A stretch of DNA of 64,000 nt from Ginglymostoma cirratum (taxonomy: Eukaryota). The notes beneath the pieces are model-generated. The model was not told the origin of the DNA, ran no database searches, and saw only the letters and a program-made list of their open reading frames with translations. This document shows positions 1 to 12,375 of the stretch, piece after piece (position 1 is the stretch's first letter; the number at the start of each line of letters is the position of its first letter). The translations under genes were made by a program, and so were the position numbers. The DNA lies in contig JAHRHZ010000054.1 of NCBI GenBank assembly GCA_024137785.1, positions 20,082,846 to 20,146,845 on the forward strand, given 5' to 3'.

Positions 1-116
1 TGGGTGGTGTCACGGACGTAGGTAGGGAGTTCCTGGACCAAGGGGGTGAAAATGGAGTCTAGGTAGGTGGAGATGAGTTCGGTGGGGCAGGAGCAGGCGG
101 AGACAATGGGTCGACC
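1..116 (-). mobile_element. Penelope-like element, reverse transcriptase fragment (runs off the window)
   Basis: Reverse strand reads GRPIVSACSCPTELISTYLDSIFTPLVQELPTYVRDTT, matching the RPIVS...YLD..PLV...YxxDT stretch of Penelope RTs. No stops and CpGs retained, so probably young. Confidence 0.88.
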
Positions 117-329
117 ATTTTTGCCCTAGAACAGTAAACAGTTCATATATTTAAATAATAAATTATCATTAACAGAAGTAGATTGTCACTATTCCTCTCC
201 TCGGCAAACAGGTGGAACCAGAACGTTTGTGTCATTGTTGACTGTGAATTGCTTCAGACACATATACCCAACCCATCACCAGGACTGTCTACTTCCACCT
301 CTGTTGCAACATACAAATCTGTTATTGTC

Positions 330-630
330 CCATTTATCTGCTGCTGAAATCCTTATGCATGCCCTGGTTACCTTTAGACGTGACTATTCCAACACCCTGC
401 TCGGTTGCCTCCCTTTCATTACTCTTAAAAAACCTTATATTGGGTTCACACTTGGTGACACCTTCATTTAAAGTTCTCATCCTTATTTTCAAGTCCCATC
501 CTGGCCTCAAGACCTCCTCCAAATTTTTGTAATCTTGTCCAGCCCTACTGCTGTTTGAGAACTCCTCCAATTGTAGTCTCTTGCATATCCCGGACTTCAG
601 TTGCCTGGACATTGGCAGCTGTGCCTTCAG
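330..630 (+). mobile_element. Decayed L2-type LINE fragment (ORF2 C-terminus and 3' region)
   Basis: Translation AAEILMHALVTFRRDYSNTLLGCLP resembles the L2 motif LIHALVTSRLDYCNxLLxGLP. Confidence 0.75.
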
Positions 631-2049
631 TTACTGAGAGTAAAATTATGACATTAATATGAGTGTGATCTATATTACACCTGACCCTATAGTAACTAAC
701 ACCATTACTGTACAGAATATAGGAAAACATTCTACTCAGAGCATGAACCTCACTAACACCAGCCGAACAAAAACATTTAGTGACTACTGATGAGTGCATC
801 AACTGAACAAAAAAATGTGTTGAAGTTTGCTATCTGTAGGATATTTACAAATAACAATCATCATAAGTGGCAAAGATCATTTGGCCATACGTAATTCATC
901 CATTATACAGCTCTCTACCGTTCTGTAAATTATTCCAATGTTATGCCATTTACAGTTCCATCTTTGAATTGATTCTGCACTTAAGTCTTTCTTTTAAAAC
1001 TATCTTGAAGACAGACCTAACGTTACATTTACTAGTTTGAATCTGCAACTTCTTATTCAACAAGTCAAATTAAAGTAGTATTCTGGATTCATTTTTGCCA
1101 TTCCCTTAATGATTTCATGCACCTCTCTGTAAGATCACTTCTCTGACTAGTTGCAAAGCCCAGTCACTTCAGTCCTTCCTCATAAATCAGACCCTTTACA
1201 CTGTAATGCACTAGAAATTGTGCCTTGATGACCAAAATAAGACCTGTTCTGGCCAAAGAGCACTGTGCAGCTTGATCATAACTTTCTTCAAAATATTTGA
1301 CTATTTTGTTATATCGGTCCATACATTATTTTTGTTTTGGTTGGGTATGCTTAGAGTCAGGTCTAATAACAATACTAATTTACTAAAACATCTCACACTC
1401 ATCTGCACTAAACTTCATTTGCAATTGAGCTGTCCACTTTAGATATTTTAACAAATTCAATTCTAAGTTTTGAAAACTTTTTTTCTGATTCTAGTTGGCA
1501 TTTCTAGTTGTATGATATCCAGCTAAAATGAATAGCCTACTTTTGCATTTCATTTACTTACTGATGTGTCCCTGATTTATTTATTAGAGGTGTGGTTATG
1601 CTATGGGATATTGAAAAGATGGAAGGTACTGATTGTAATGTTATGATATGAACAATTAACAAGTTGATTTCCAATTTCTCTCTCCATCTTTGCTTCTGTT
1701 AAACATGGTAAAGAGAAATTTTATACAGGGCAGTTAAACCATGTGCAGTAATTAGAATTGGGAATTGCTCTATCTTATCAATACTTCCAGTATTATTATT
1801 GCTTATCTGAATTTACTTCTCCTGTTCCTCCTTAGCTGGAGATACTACATTCCACTGACAATAATAACTAACAGTTGCATCTATTCAAAGTATTTGACTG
1901 AATTGATAAATAAATTGTTGATACAGTATAATCAGAAGCATAGTGATAATATTACTGGACCAGTAAACCAGAGCGCCAGGTTAATGTCCTGAGGATTGAG
2001 GTTCTAACCTCACTATAGGAGATGGAGGCCATAGGTGAGAAAGCTGAGT

Positions 2050-3220
2050 AGTCATAGGGTTTTACTGCACCGAAACAGACTCTTCAATCCAACTCGTTCA
2101 TGCCAACCAGATATCTTAAACTGACCTAGCCCCATTTGGCTGCATTTGGCCCATATCCCTCCAAACCTTTCCTTTTTATATACCAATCTAGATGCCTTTT
2201 AAATATTGTAATTGTACCAGCCTCCACCACTTCCTCTGGCAACTTGTTCCATACACGCACTACCCTGTGCATGAAAAAGTTGTCCCTCAGGTCCGTCTTA
2301 AATCTTTACCCTCTCATCTTGAACCTATACCCTCTAGTTTTGGACTTCCCCACTCTGGGAAAAAGACCTTGGCTATTCACACTATCCGTGCCCCTCATGA
2401 TTTTATAAACCTCTGCAAGGTCACCCCATAGCCTCTGATACTGCAGGGAAAAAGAAACCCAGCCTATTTAACCTGTCCCCATAGCTCAAACCCTCCAATG
2501 CCAGCAACATCCTTGTAAATCTTTTCTGAACAATTTCAAGTTTAACAGCATCTTTTCTATAGCAGGGAGACCAGAACTGAACTCAGTATTTTAGAAGTGG
2601 CCTTACCAATATCCTGCACAACCACAACATCCAAATTACTTCTATAAATGATGAAAAGCAGTGGATCCCACACTGATCCTTGTGACACACTGCTGGTCAC
2701 AGGCCTCCAGTTCAAAAAGTAACCCTCTGCCAGCACCCTCTGTGTCCTACCTTCAAGCTTATTTTGTATCCAAATGGCTAGCTTCCCCTAGATTCCATGT
2801 GCTGTAACCTTACTAACCAGTCTACCATGCGGAATTTTGTTGAATGCCTTGCTGAAGTCCATATAAACAACGTTGACCACTCTGCTTTCATCAATCTTCT
2901 TTGTTGCCTCTTCAAAAGACTGCATCAAGTTCGTGACACACGATTTCCCATGCACAAAGCCATATTGACTAATTCTAATCAGTCCTTGCTTTTCCAAATG
3001 CATATAAATCCTGTCCCTCAGAATTCCCTCCAACAACTTACCCACCACTGACATAAGGCTCTCCGGTTGATAGTTCCCTGCAATTTCCTTACCACTTTAC
3101 TTAAATAATAGCACCACATTACCCTCCAGTCTTCCAGCACCTCACTCATCGCTGTCAATGATACAAATACTTCAGCAAGGGACCCAGCAATCTCTTTCCT
3201 AACTTTCCACAACGTTCTAG
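2050..3220 (-). mobile_element. CR1 LINE fragment (RT and 3' end)
   Basis: ORF 2788-3054 contains SQYGFVHGKSCVTNL...VVYMDFSKAFNKIPHGRL. CR1-type 3' tail near 2050-2150. Confidence 0.93.
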
Positions 3221-3588
3221 ATCAGGAAATAGCAAGTAAGTGATGGAATGTTTAAAAAAAAATTCTAAGAGGAAAAGTTTAGTAGTTTAGAGGTCATGTG
3301 AATGAAAGAACAAAAAGATTGAAAGAGTGAAATGTGCCTTAATTTGAAACCACTATGGATACAAGGAGGCGGATATCAGGAATGGCATATATGCAGCAAA
3401 GGAGGAATAAGAGAAGTTATCTCAGAGAGGCAATAATATGACAAGTATTGATAAAACAAATCAGTTCTGGATTAACATTTTCTTGTGCCTTGTTTGGGAA
3501 TTGAGCAGCAATAAATTGGAAATCATCTTAACAGAATTATCTGCTTAACAGTTATTCACATCACTGGAGTTGACCATTGTTTACTCAC

Positions 3589-3769
3589 CTTGTAGAGACC
3601 CAATGGCTCTCTACCTGAGGGGGCATTTGCACAGTTATCCTGGCTCCATTGTACAGGTGCTTCAACATGTGATGACATTGAAAATCTTTGCTAAATTTGC
3701 CCAGGATTTTCTCAATGGACCTGCTGGAGGTTCCCTCTGAGGAATGGAGAGATGAAGCACTACACAGTC
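3589..3769 (-). CDS. APCDD1: APCDD1 coding exon 2 (181 nt, phase 1 to phase 2)
   Basis: Acceptor cttaattccag|GA and donor AG|gtgagt. Encodes [59 protein letters not shown], matching the recalled human APCDD1 stretch [30 protein letters not shown]. Confidence 0.96.
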
Positions 3770-3904
3770 CTGGAATTAAGACAGATGTAATGTAATATCT
3801 ATAACAGATGAACATAAGTATATCGACATTAAACACAGCAAGTACAGTGCTAACCAATGAACTCCTCAATTCAGGTTGTTATACAAATTAACAAGCGATA
3901 ATTC

Positions 3905-4105
3905 AGAGTTAGAGTCACAGAGTCATACAGCATGGCAACAGACCCTTCAGTCTAACTCCTCCATGCTGACCAGGTTTTCCAAACTAAACTAGTTTGCTAT
4001 TTCCCTGTGTTTGCCCCACATTCCTCTAAACCTTTCCTATCCATGTACCTGTCCAGATGTCTTTTAATTGCTGTTATTGTACTCACCTCTACCACTTGCT
4101 CTGGG
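3905..4105 (-). mobile_element. CR1 3'-end fragment
   Basis: agagtcatacagcatgg...acccttc tail, same family as 2050-2250 and 35118-35340. Confidence 0.85.
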
Positions 4106-5169
4106 AATTCATTCTAGATTTATTAATTTAAAAACTAAACATACCATGAACCTTTTAGAAAAAGAATATTCCCATTTAAGTTTTGCGCTAATGCCTTTAG
4201 TTTATCAAATTTTAATTATCTATAAGTTCAAACTAAATTTGTACATGATTTTTTGTAATGAATGGACCTTCGAAGCTTATCTTTTGAGCATATTCTGGGA
4301 ATATTCAGTGTGTTAAAAGGCATGATTTTCACAAGCAGGGATATATCCCCGAGACAATCCTACTCTTTGCACACTTCATGCCTACATCTGCTTCCCTATT
4401 CTGTGTACATGCATGTATATAATTTTGAGATTAAAACATGGATTAGATGTGATTTGATTGATATTTTATGATTCAAGTAGTTTCAACAATTTTCAGCTTG
4501 TTGCTTGACTTGGTTATTTTGAATAAGACAAACTGGTTAGTTTACTTCACAATCAAGATCAAAGCCTGCCATGACACACAATAAACTACAGAATCTAGTT
4601 AGGCTCACCAACACAAAGTGGCATGTTGGTTTAACTTTTTGTTAAGCCAAGTGCCTCTCCTTGTTAAGAGTTGAGTGGTTTATCCTCCTCTATTGTTGAT
4701 TAGATAAGCCCTTACGCTTAGCACTGCAAGGAGATTTGGTGGCAACTCTCAACCAAATCATAAGCCGCTATTGGTTGATATAAAAAAAAATGACCTGACC
4801 TTCAGTTGACATTTGATACAACGTGTTGTCAACCTTCCTCAAAAACCTTGGCACTCCCTTCTTCTGCAAACCTGGTCTGAGATTGGGCCAATATTCTCAC
4901 AGTGCATCTTGTTCTCAATTATCCTCAACTAACCATTCACATGAAAATCCATGAAACATCTTCTACAGAAGATTTAACTGCCAAGCCAGTTTGTTGTCTA
5001 TTTAACCCTTTCTTTTGACCTGTAAGGAATTCTGAGCTGTTTAGGGTTGATTTCCCCTGATTTGAACCATTTTAACAGCCACTTTCAGGGCAAAATGTTG
5101 GAAACAAAAATAGGTGCAGAGATTTCTGGCGCCAAGTCCCCCACATTCATATCACATCATTTTTTGGGA

Positions 5170-5563
5170 CAATACAGTGTGGAGCTGGGGGGAGCACAGC
5201 AGGCTAGGCAGCATCAGAGGAGCAGGAAAGATTGGTGAAATAGGATCCCAACCCAAACCGTCAACTTTAACAGGTTAGCCTCATCTGGAGAGTAGTCCTT
5301 CTGGTGGTACATTAAATATGGGTTTGACACAACCTGTCTTGTGCTATATAACAACAACATCAAGGATCTGAGTTCAATGTTTATCATAGTATCAGTGTTG
5401 CTTCCGTCTTACAGTATGCTGGAGAATTGCTTTATAAAGGATTAACATTAATTCTGTTTCTTTTCAACCTTCTGCTCCTTTGATGCTGCCTGGCCTGCTG
5501 TGTTCCTCCATCTCCACATTTTTTTGGCTCTGGCTCCAGCATCTGCAGTTCTTGTTATCTCTG
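5170..5563. mobile_element. Penelope-type mini-element with inverted arms enclosing captured flanking DNA
   Basis: Left arm (cagcaggctaggcagcatcagaggagcagg) and right arm (ctgctcctttgatgctgcctggcctgctg...cagcatctgcagttcttgttatctct) are mutually inverted. The ribozyme core is degenerate. Confidence 0.8.
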
Positions 5564-6429
5564 ACATCTTTTTTTGGGAATAGATTCCATATGAATGATA
5601 CAGGATTGTGACAGTGCAACCTCTGACATTTTCTTTAGTTTCTGCTAGAGGTGACAACTGTTATATCTTTACAAGGTGAGTCAGTACTAGTTCATATCAC
5701 AATGATCATGTCTATTGCTTTTTGCCAGTTCCTTGAAAGCATTGTTGAACAGGAGGCTTCTGTTGAATAGAGAGCTTGTAGCTTCAAAGACTATTTAATA
5801 GCCACCTTTAACAGCAGATGGAATAATATGCATTTGGTATCTATTGGCACTCAGAAGTTGTACTAGATGACAAGTTTTGGCCCCATTAATTATACAAAAG
5901 TCTTCTAACACATTCCTATTGTGCTCACAACAAGCTCAGAATTGATTTGGAGCAGGTGATGGTCCCTCAGATTAATCCTTATTAATCAAAAAGTGTTGAT
6001 ATCATTTTTTAATTACAATGGGTAAACACACAGTAAGAATACAGTATTGTGCAATTACATAATTTATCTCTGCTCTCATCTTCTTTTTCAACACACAGTG
6101 GAATAATCCTGATTTTGCTGCATTTCAAATCTTATGGTACAATGCTTCTTCTGTTCAAGTTATTTGATTGTATGAGCCAGCACTGGTGCCGTGGCACTGA
6201 CTCAAAGGAGCTAAGAGAAAGCAGAAGGTTGAAAAGTAACAGAATTAATGTTAATCCTTTATAAAGCAATTCTCCAGCATACTGTAAGACGGAAGCAACA
6301 CTGATACTATGATAAACATTGAACTCAGATCCTTGATGTTGTTGTTATATAGCACAAGACAGGTTGTATCAAACCCATATTTAATGTACCACCCGAAGGA
6401 CTATCCTCCAAATGAGGCTAACCTGTTAA
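5267..6429. repeat. 210-bp inverted duplication (5267-5476 vs 6220-6429), 743-bp spacer
   Basis: Read directly as reverse complements, with about 6 mismatches counted by eye. Confidence 0.95.
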
Positions 6430-6989
6430 TGGGTGAAGAAGTGAGGAAACTTCTCAATGAAGATCTTCCTTCAAAACATTTTGTATCTGCATTAGTCCCT
6501 CCCACACAAAAGCTTGTCAGCTGAGATTTCCTCCACTCTGAACTACCATGTGGATGGAACTGAAGGTGAGAGAACAGGGGCTAGTAGTTTCCTGCTTCCT
6601 CATTACTCTTGGAGAAGAAGGTTAGAGAGAAATAGATGGTGGTGGCGGCACTGGAGTGGAGGTCAGTGTTGGTAACAGCAAAGCTGAATGGTTCACTCAC
6701 ACACAAAGCAGGGCATTTCTTTCTAACACTTTTCCACTCCTAACCCTTCAAATCTCACATTTCAAGTCTTTTCTGTATAGTATTTGCTCAAACACAGACA
6801 CCATGAATGTGTGTAGTCTCTTTAATGTTTCTATGCTTTTTCTACAGTGTGGAGTCTAGTCTAGTCAGAGCACACTTATCCGGGGTATTTTTAAGGCCAT
6901 GTGCAGGCTTGGCATTAGTTTTAGATTCTACATCTTGTGATAAAACCTAGGATATCATCAATATTTTTGCAGACTTGAACTTTTAAAAA

Positions 6990-7670
6990 TTCATTCAAGG
7001 GAACTTGGATATCACTGGCTAGGTCAGCATTTAATATTTCACCTCATTGCCCTGAAGGTAGTAGTGAGCCACTTTCCTAAACTATTGTAGCTCTTGAGTG
7101 TAAGAACACCCACACTGCAGGTAGGGACAGAATTCCAGGATGTTGAGTTAATGGGACAGTGGTATATGTTCAAATGATGTTGGTGTGTGGCTTGGAGGGG
7201 AACGAACAGGTTTTCCATGCTTCTGCTGCACTTGTCCCTCTAGATGGAATTAGTTGTGCGTTTGGAAGGTGCTGTCTAAGGAACCGTGCTATAGTCCATC
7301 ATGTAGATTGCACCGACTGCTGCTACTGTGTGTCACTGATGTAGGGAATGGATGTTAAATGTTGTGGATGGGGTGTTAATCAAGGGGGCTGCTTTGTCTT
7401 GGATAGTCTTAAGCTTCTTGAATGTCATTAGAGCTGCATCCATCCATGAAGTGGGAAATACTCCACTCCTCGCCTATGCCTTGCACAGGCATTGAGGAGA
7501 CAGGAGGACAGATACTCATCACAGAATTTATAGTCTCTAGCTGCTCTTGAGTCACATTATATAGCTAATCCAGTTCAGTTTCTGTTCAAGCTAATCTCCA
7601 GGATGTTGATAGTAGGGGTTTCGGTGATGGTAACACCATTGATTTCAGGGGATGATGGTTAGATTCGCTT
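6990..7670 (-). mobile_element. Decayed 3' portion of a second non-LTR family (CR1 group)
   Basis: Similar to 33010-33520 and 61714-62120 (region encoding a YKAQVRSVMEY-type motif). Its tail is shared with SINE family 2. Confidence 0.7.
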
Positions 7671-7674
7671 TTAG

Positions 7675-8305
7675 AGTCAAAGAGTGATAAAGCTGCACTC
7701 TTCAGATCAACTCTTCCAAGCCGACCAGATATCGTAAATTACTCTTGTCGCATTTGTCTGCATTTGGCCCATTTCCCTCTAAACCCTTCCTATTCATATA
7801 CCTGTCCAGATTCCTTTTAAATGTTGTCATTGTACCAGCCTCCAGCACTTTCTCTGGCAGATGATTCCATAAATGCACCACCCTCTGTGTGAAAAAGTTG
7901 TCCCTTGAATCCCTTTTAAATCTTTCCCCTCTCACCTTAAACCTATGCCCTCTAGTTTTGGACTCGCCCAGCCAGGGAAAAAGACCTTGGCTATTCACCC
8001 TCTCCATTCCCCTCATAATTTTATAAACCTCTATAATGTCATCCCTCTGCCTCCGACAGTCAGGGAAAACAGCCCCAGCCTATTCAGCCTCTCCCTATAA
8101 CTTAATCCCTCCAATCCTAGCAACATCCTTGTAAATCTTTTCTGAACCCTTTCAAGTTTCACAACATCCTTCCTATAGCAGGGAGACCAGAATTGAACAC
8201 AGTATTCCAAAAGTGGCCTAACCAATGTCCTGTACAGCTGCATCATGACCTCCCAACATTTATATCAATGCACTAACCAATAAAGGCAAGCATGCCAAAT
8301 GCCTT
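7675..8305 (-). mobile_element. CR1 LINE 3' fragment
   Basis: LYRTLVRPLLEYCVQFWSP...LERVQKRFTRM and TRGHRFKVRGERF...FFTQRVV. Confidence 0.95.
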
Positions 8306-9599
8306 TGTTTGACATTGTCATTTGTTTGTGCAAAGCACTGCCTTTAATGCCTTACAAACCTTTCTGTCAAAATCCTTGTGTTTCTGAGTAATAGCAAGCC
8401 TACTTCCATCCAGAATATAAATATTGTTATTTTGTTTAACAAAATTAATTATTTCACATTGATATTAAGCTCCATCTATCTTTTTAGCCCATTACCCTTA
8501 TCAGTAATTCTCTGCAGTTTCTTTTAATCTTCCACAGAGCATTATCTGTAAATATTATCTCCACTCTCTCTGGGCTTATAGTGAAATCACTGTTCTATGC
8601 TGTAAATAGCAGCTGCCTAAAACTAAACATTGTGGGACACCATACATCAATTCTAACCATTTAGAAACTCTCTTAATTAGATATACTACTATCTCTGCAC
8701 TGGTAGAACTGCTTGAGGAAAGAGTCCTGCACATACTTTGAGAATTTCATTGTCTTCTTCCCATTGACTCCTTTTGTTCTATGGCTGAATGAGGTAAGTT
8801 TGTTCCTTATCCCCTCCTATGACAATAGCTTTTTGCAGGGTGAAGTGCCCCTTAGGCTGCTGTCTTCTTGAATACTTAAACTGTTTACCAATACTACATT
8901 TGTGGAAAATCAAAGGTTTGGATCGAGGTGCGGTGAGATACTTTGGAAACTGGAGAAATGCCACTTCAGTTTAACATTGTATGGGCTTTAAATTCAGAAT
9001 AGCATCAAACTTGGATTCTGGACTCCTGAGTATGTTTGAAAGTTGTCTATTGCAATTAGAGTGAAAACAGTCTCCCTTCTGTTTAAATATTCAAAACTCT
9101 AACTGTGAGAGACCGTGTTATGCAAATATATATTCTGGTTAGTGTTTAACTGTCCCCTGAAGAGTCTCAGTTATGTGAAACAGGCAATGACTGGCTGACC
9201 CTAAACTGAAAGTAGCAATCTCAGATTCATTAAATGCATCATTAAAGATTTTACTTTGAACCACAGAGGGTTAGAGCACAGGGGATATTTTCAGCCCTCT
9301 TGTGTGTTTACTTGCTCTTTGCTGGAACAATCCAGAACTAATTATATTGATGTTTTTCCACACAAGACACAACGATTTCTGTCACAACTATTGTCCGTGA
9401 GAAAGCATGGATATTCAAAGAAACCACTTTGTGATAACTTTGCTGTCCTTAGCAACACTTTTAAATTGAATTGTGAGGCTCTTATTGTTGACTGCTTAGC
9501 CAATGAATGGTAATACGCTCCAACTGAACCTGATCAATTAGTCCAATCTGTTTGACATCAGTGCCATGCCCTCAATAACTCCACTGTCAGAATGTCTTA

Positions 9600-10090
9600 G
9601 AGTCAGAGAGTAATAGAATTTTTACAGCGCAACAAAGGGCCCTTCGGCCCATCATGTCTGAGGTGGTCATCAAACATCTATCTATTCTAATCCCATTTTC
9701 CAGCACTTGGCCCACAGGCTTGTATGCTATGCTGTTTCAGGTGATCATCTAAGTAGCTCTTAAAAGTTCCGGCCTCTACCGTCTTTTTAGTGAGTCTCAC
9801 AACCCTCTGGGTGAATCGATATTTTCTCAAATCCACTCAAAATCTTTCGCTCCTTTCATTAAGAGTGTTCTCCTGGCTCTTGGCTCTTTTAGTGATGGGA
9901 AAAGTTTCTGCCCATCTACCCTGTTGATGCCTTTCATAACTGTGTACACCTCAATCAAACTACCAAGACCGCTTCCCCAACACCCCTCCCCACCCCAGTC
10001 AGCGTAAGGAAAACAGCTCCAGCCTATTGACTTCCTCTTCAGAACTGAATCACTCCAACCCAGGCAACACCCTGTTGAATCTCTTCTGCA
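9600..10090 (-). mobile_element. Older CR1 3' fragment
   Basis: Tail ggcccttcggcccatcatgtctg followed by decayed ORF2 C-terminal sequence. Confidence 0.75.
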
Positions 10091-10427
10091 AAGATGCTCC
10101 TTAGAAGAGATTCGTTTTCAAAATAAAGAACCTAGTTCTGTTATACCTCAACTTCTTTGGCTCAGAACACATTTCTGTCAAGCACTAGAAGGAATGATCC
10201 TTTTTTTTGGTGGAGATATAGACAAGTGCAGGTTGTGGTGGGAGCATGAAAAGCGATTAATGCTGGGAAGAAACCGTCAGAGTTCCTTGGTGTGACTGGA
10301 AATGGAGAATGGAACCGGAGGAGAGTAGGATGGAAGACACCGACAGAACGAAAGACAAAGATGATAGCATAGAGAACAGAAGATAAAGTTTAACGGATAG
10401 AGAGCTAGCAAGCATAGGAAGGCATGC

Positions 10428-10583
10428 AACAAAAACAAAGTTCCTCAAGTTCTGAGGAAGGGTCACCGGACCCGAAACGTTAACTCTGTTTTTTCCTTCA
10501 GATGCTGCCAGACCTGCTGAGCTTTTCCAGGAACTTTGTTTTTGTTCCTGGTTTACAGCATCCGCAGTTCTTTCGGTTTTTAT
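10428..10583 (+). mobile_element. Hammerhead-bearing Penelope-type mini-element, subfamily A
   Basis: CTGAGGA-A-GGGTC accg GACCC-GAAAC-GTT at 10452-10481. Imperfect TSD ataggaaggcatg / ataggaaagcatg. An 18-nt inverted piece (10428-10445) is the reverse complement of 10529-10546. Confidence 0.85.
10447..10485 (+). ncRNA. Putative minimal type-I hammerhead ribozyme
   Basis: CUGANGA and GAAA core, 5-bp stem II, AGUU/AACU stem I, palindromic ACGU in place of stem III, GUU cleavage triplet. Activity not shown. Confidence 0.7.
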
Positions 10584-11816
10584 ATAGGAAAGCATGGAAT
10601 GGGGAGTGAAATAACCCATTCTCCCTAGAAGCTACTAGAAGCTTCCTCCATTTATTTGGCCACTTAGGGGACGCCTTTCAAGCTTCTACACTTGAAATGC
10701 AGTGACAGACGGCTCCCGGTCTGTGTACATTGTCATCATCTCGTAATCAGCCCCTGCAGAGAGGCTAAGTGGGAGTGGAAGGGGCGAGTGGATTCGCATC
10801 GTTTTAATAAGATAAGGCTTTGTTTTTAAAGACAGTCTTCATTCTGGCACAGACCCAGCATCTTGATACCGCCTCTGAGCAAACCGATTTAGCAGAAGCC
10901 AAAGCTGCGAATCTTAGTACAAACCCAGTGAGGAAGAAGACGTTCCGTTTATTTTTGTCTGTTTTTCTCGGCATGGACTGACATATTTGCCACAACGTTA
11001 AGTCTCTGCAGGTCGAAGTTTGCAAACAGAAAGCCGAGCATTTCGCAGTCTAACAGGCTCCAAGAGAAATCCCCTTACAGTTGTTACAGATCAGGAAGGG
11101 GGCTGATGATAATAATTGCCCAGCGATTTACTTTGGCTGAGATTGCTGGGAGAACTCTGACAGAACATCTTCAGATCGGGCAGACTTTCTACTGCGGGCC
11201 GGCCCTGATTTGATTTACTGGATTGAGCAAAAAGGTCGCTCGATAATTTCAAACAGATGGAGATTTTTTTTAAAAAAATGTCCCGATCCCCAGCCCTTCA
11301 GTGATTCGCAGACTGATTCTATTCTGGGTGAACTCTTTCCCTCTGATACAGGAGTGGGGAACAGGGCTACCCTCACTGATCTGCTCAGCTTTCACAAACA
11401 TCCTGCGGTTTATAAAGCAGCAAACCACCCTATCACTTGCACTTCTAAACCACCGCCTCTGTTGCTTTTTAAATACCAGTTTGTCCTGCTTCACAGAATC
11501 TATTTTGTTACCCACATAAACCAGAGACTTAATTTCAGAGAGAACGCGAAACAGCGCACTAAAGGCTCCATCTACTTTTCAGAATTCTCACACACGGCCA
11601 GTTTATCAATTTCCTCTCTAACTCCCACTACTGGGTGGGTTTCGGAGCTCGCACTCCAAGCCCTGATAGTTTGGCTCCGTGGCCTCGAGCAATTACAAAC
11701 CCCATCGGGGGGTGGGGTAGGGGGACTTCCATCCAGCTGCCCCTCCCGCAGAGACAGAGGCCCCGGGGTGAAAGCGCTCAATTGAGTGCCATACATGCGA
11801 CATCCACACAACTGAC

Positions 11817-11916
11817 AGGTTCTGAGGAAGGGTCACCGGACCCGAAACGTTAACTCTGATTTCTCTCCACAGATGTTGCCAGACCTGCTGAGCTTTTCCA
11901 GCAACTCCTGTTTTGG
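11817..11916 (+). mobile_element. Hammerhead-bearing mini-element, subfamily A (3'-truncated)
   Basis: Core tctgaggaagggtcaccggacccgaaacgttaactc is identical to those at 10451 and 49571. Confidence 0.85.
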
Positions 11917-12002
11917 ACAGGTGACAGGTCCCGGTGTATGTGTGTGTGTGTGTGGGCTGTGTGACTCCATGACTCTAAGTACCGTAGCAACCCACACGGA
12001 CA

Positions 12003-12290
12003 CACGTGTACACGGGACATACAAACATATATAGGTACATAGGACATACAAACATTTATATGTACACATGACATACCTATATATGTACACAGGGTATACA
12101 AACGTATATATATGTACACAGGACATACAAACATATATATATGTACACAGGACATACAAACATATTTATATGTACACAGGACATACCTATNNNNNNNNNN
12201 CAGGACATACCTATATATGTACACAGGGTATACAAACATATATATATGTACACAGGACATACAAACATATATATGTACACAGGACACAAA
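12003..12290. repeat. Minisatellite, about 24-30 bp unit (TGTACACAGGACATACAAACATATATATA and variants), containing a 10-N gap
   Basis: About 10 tandem units are visible; Ns at 12191-12200. Confidence 0.93.
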
Positions 12291-12375
12291 CACACACATG
12301 GACACGGACAATACGAACATGCACAAACACAGACACTGATAGCAGTCTGTCTATAGCCGGGACACAGGGATTTAC

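Noticed and set aside
117-3588. APCDD1 exon 3
   Set aside because: No CEVR..PEF-like coding stretch was found; it must lie outside the window.
3770-3869. N-terminal part of the 94-aa ORF as the APCDD1 start
   Set aside because: Lies upstream of a good splice acceptor and starts at a non-ATG codon, so it is intronic.
4660-4935. Possible MITE (agttgag ... ctcaact ends)
   Set aside because: Only about 7 bp of inverted match, no clear TSD and no second copy.
11210-11785. 191-aa ORF on the plus strand
   Set aside because: Non-ATG start, no recognisable domain, and antisense within APCDD1 intron 1.
12003-12290. CRISPR-like periodic repeat
   Set aside because: Units are contiguous with no unique spacers, there are no cas genes and the context is eukaryotic. 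It is a minisatellite.
1-12375. Selection against sense-oriented ribozymes in APCDD1 introns
   Set aside because: Only two intact copies, and the Penelope fragment at 1-116 is in sense. Too few to support a bias.
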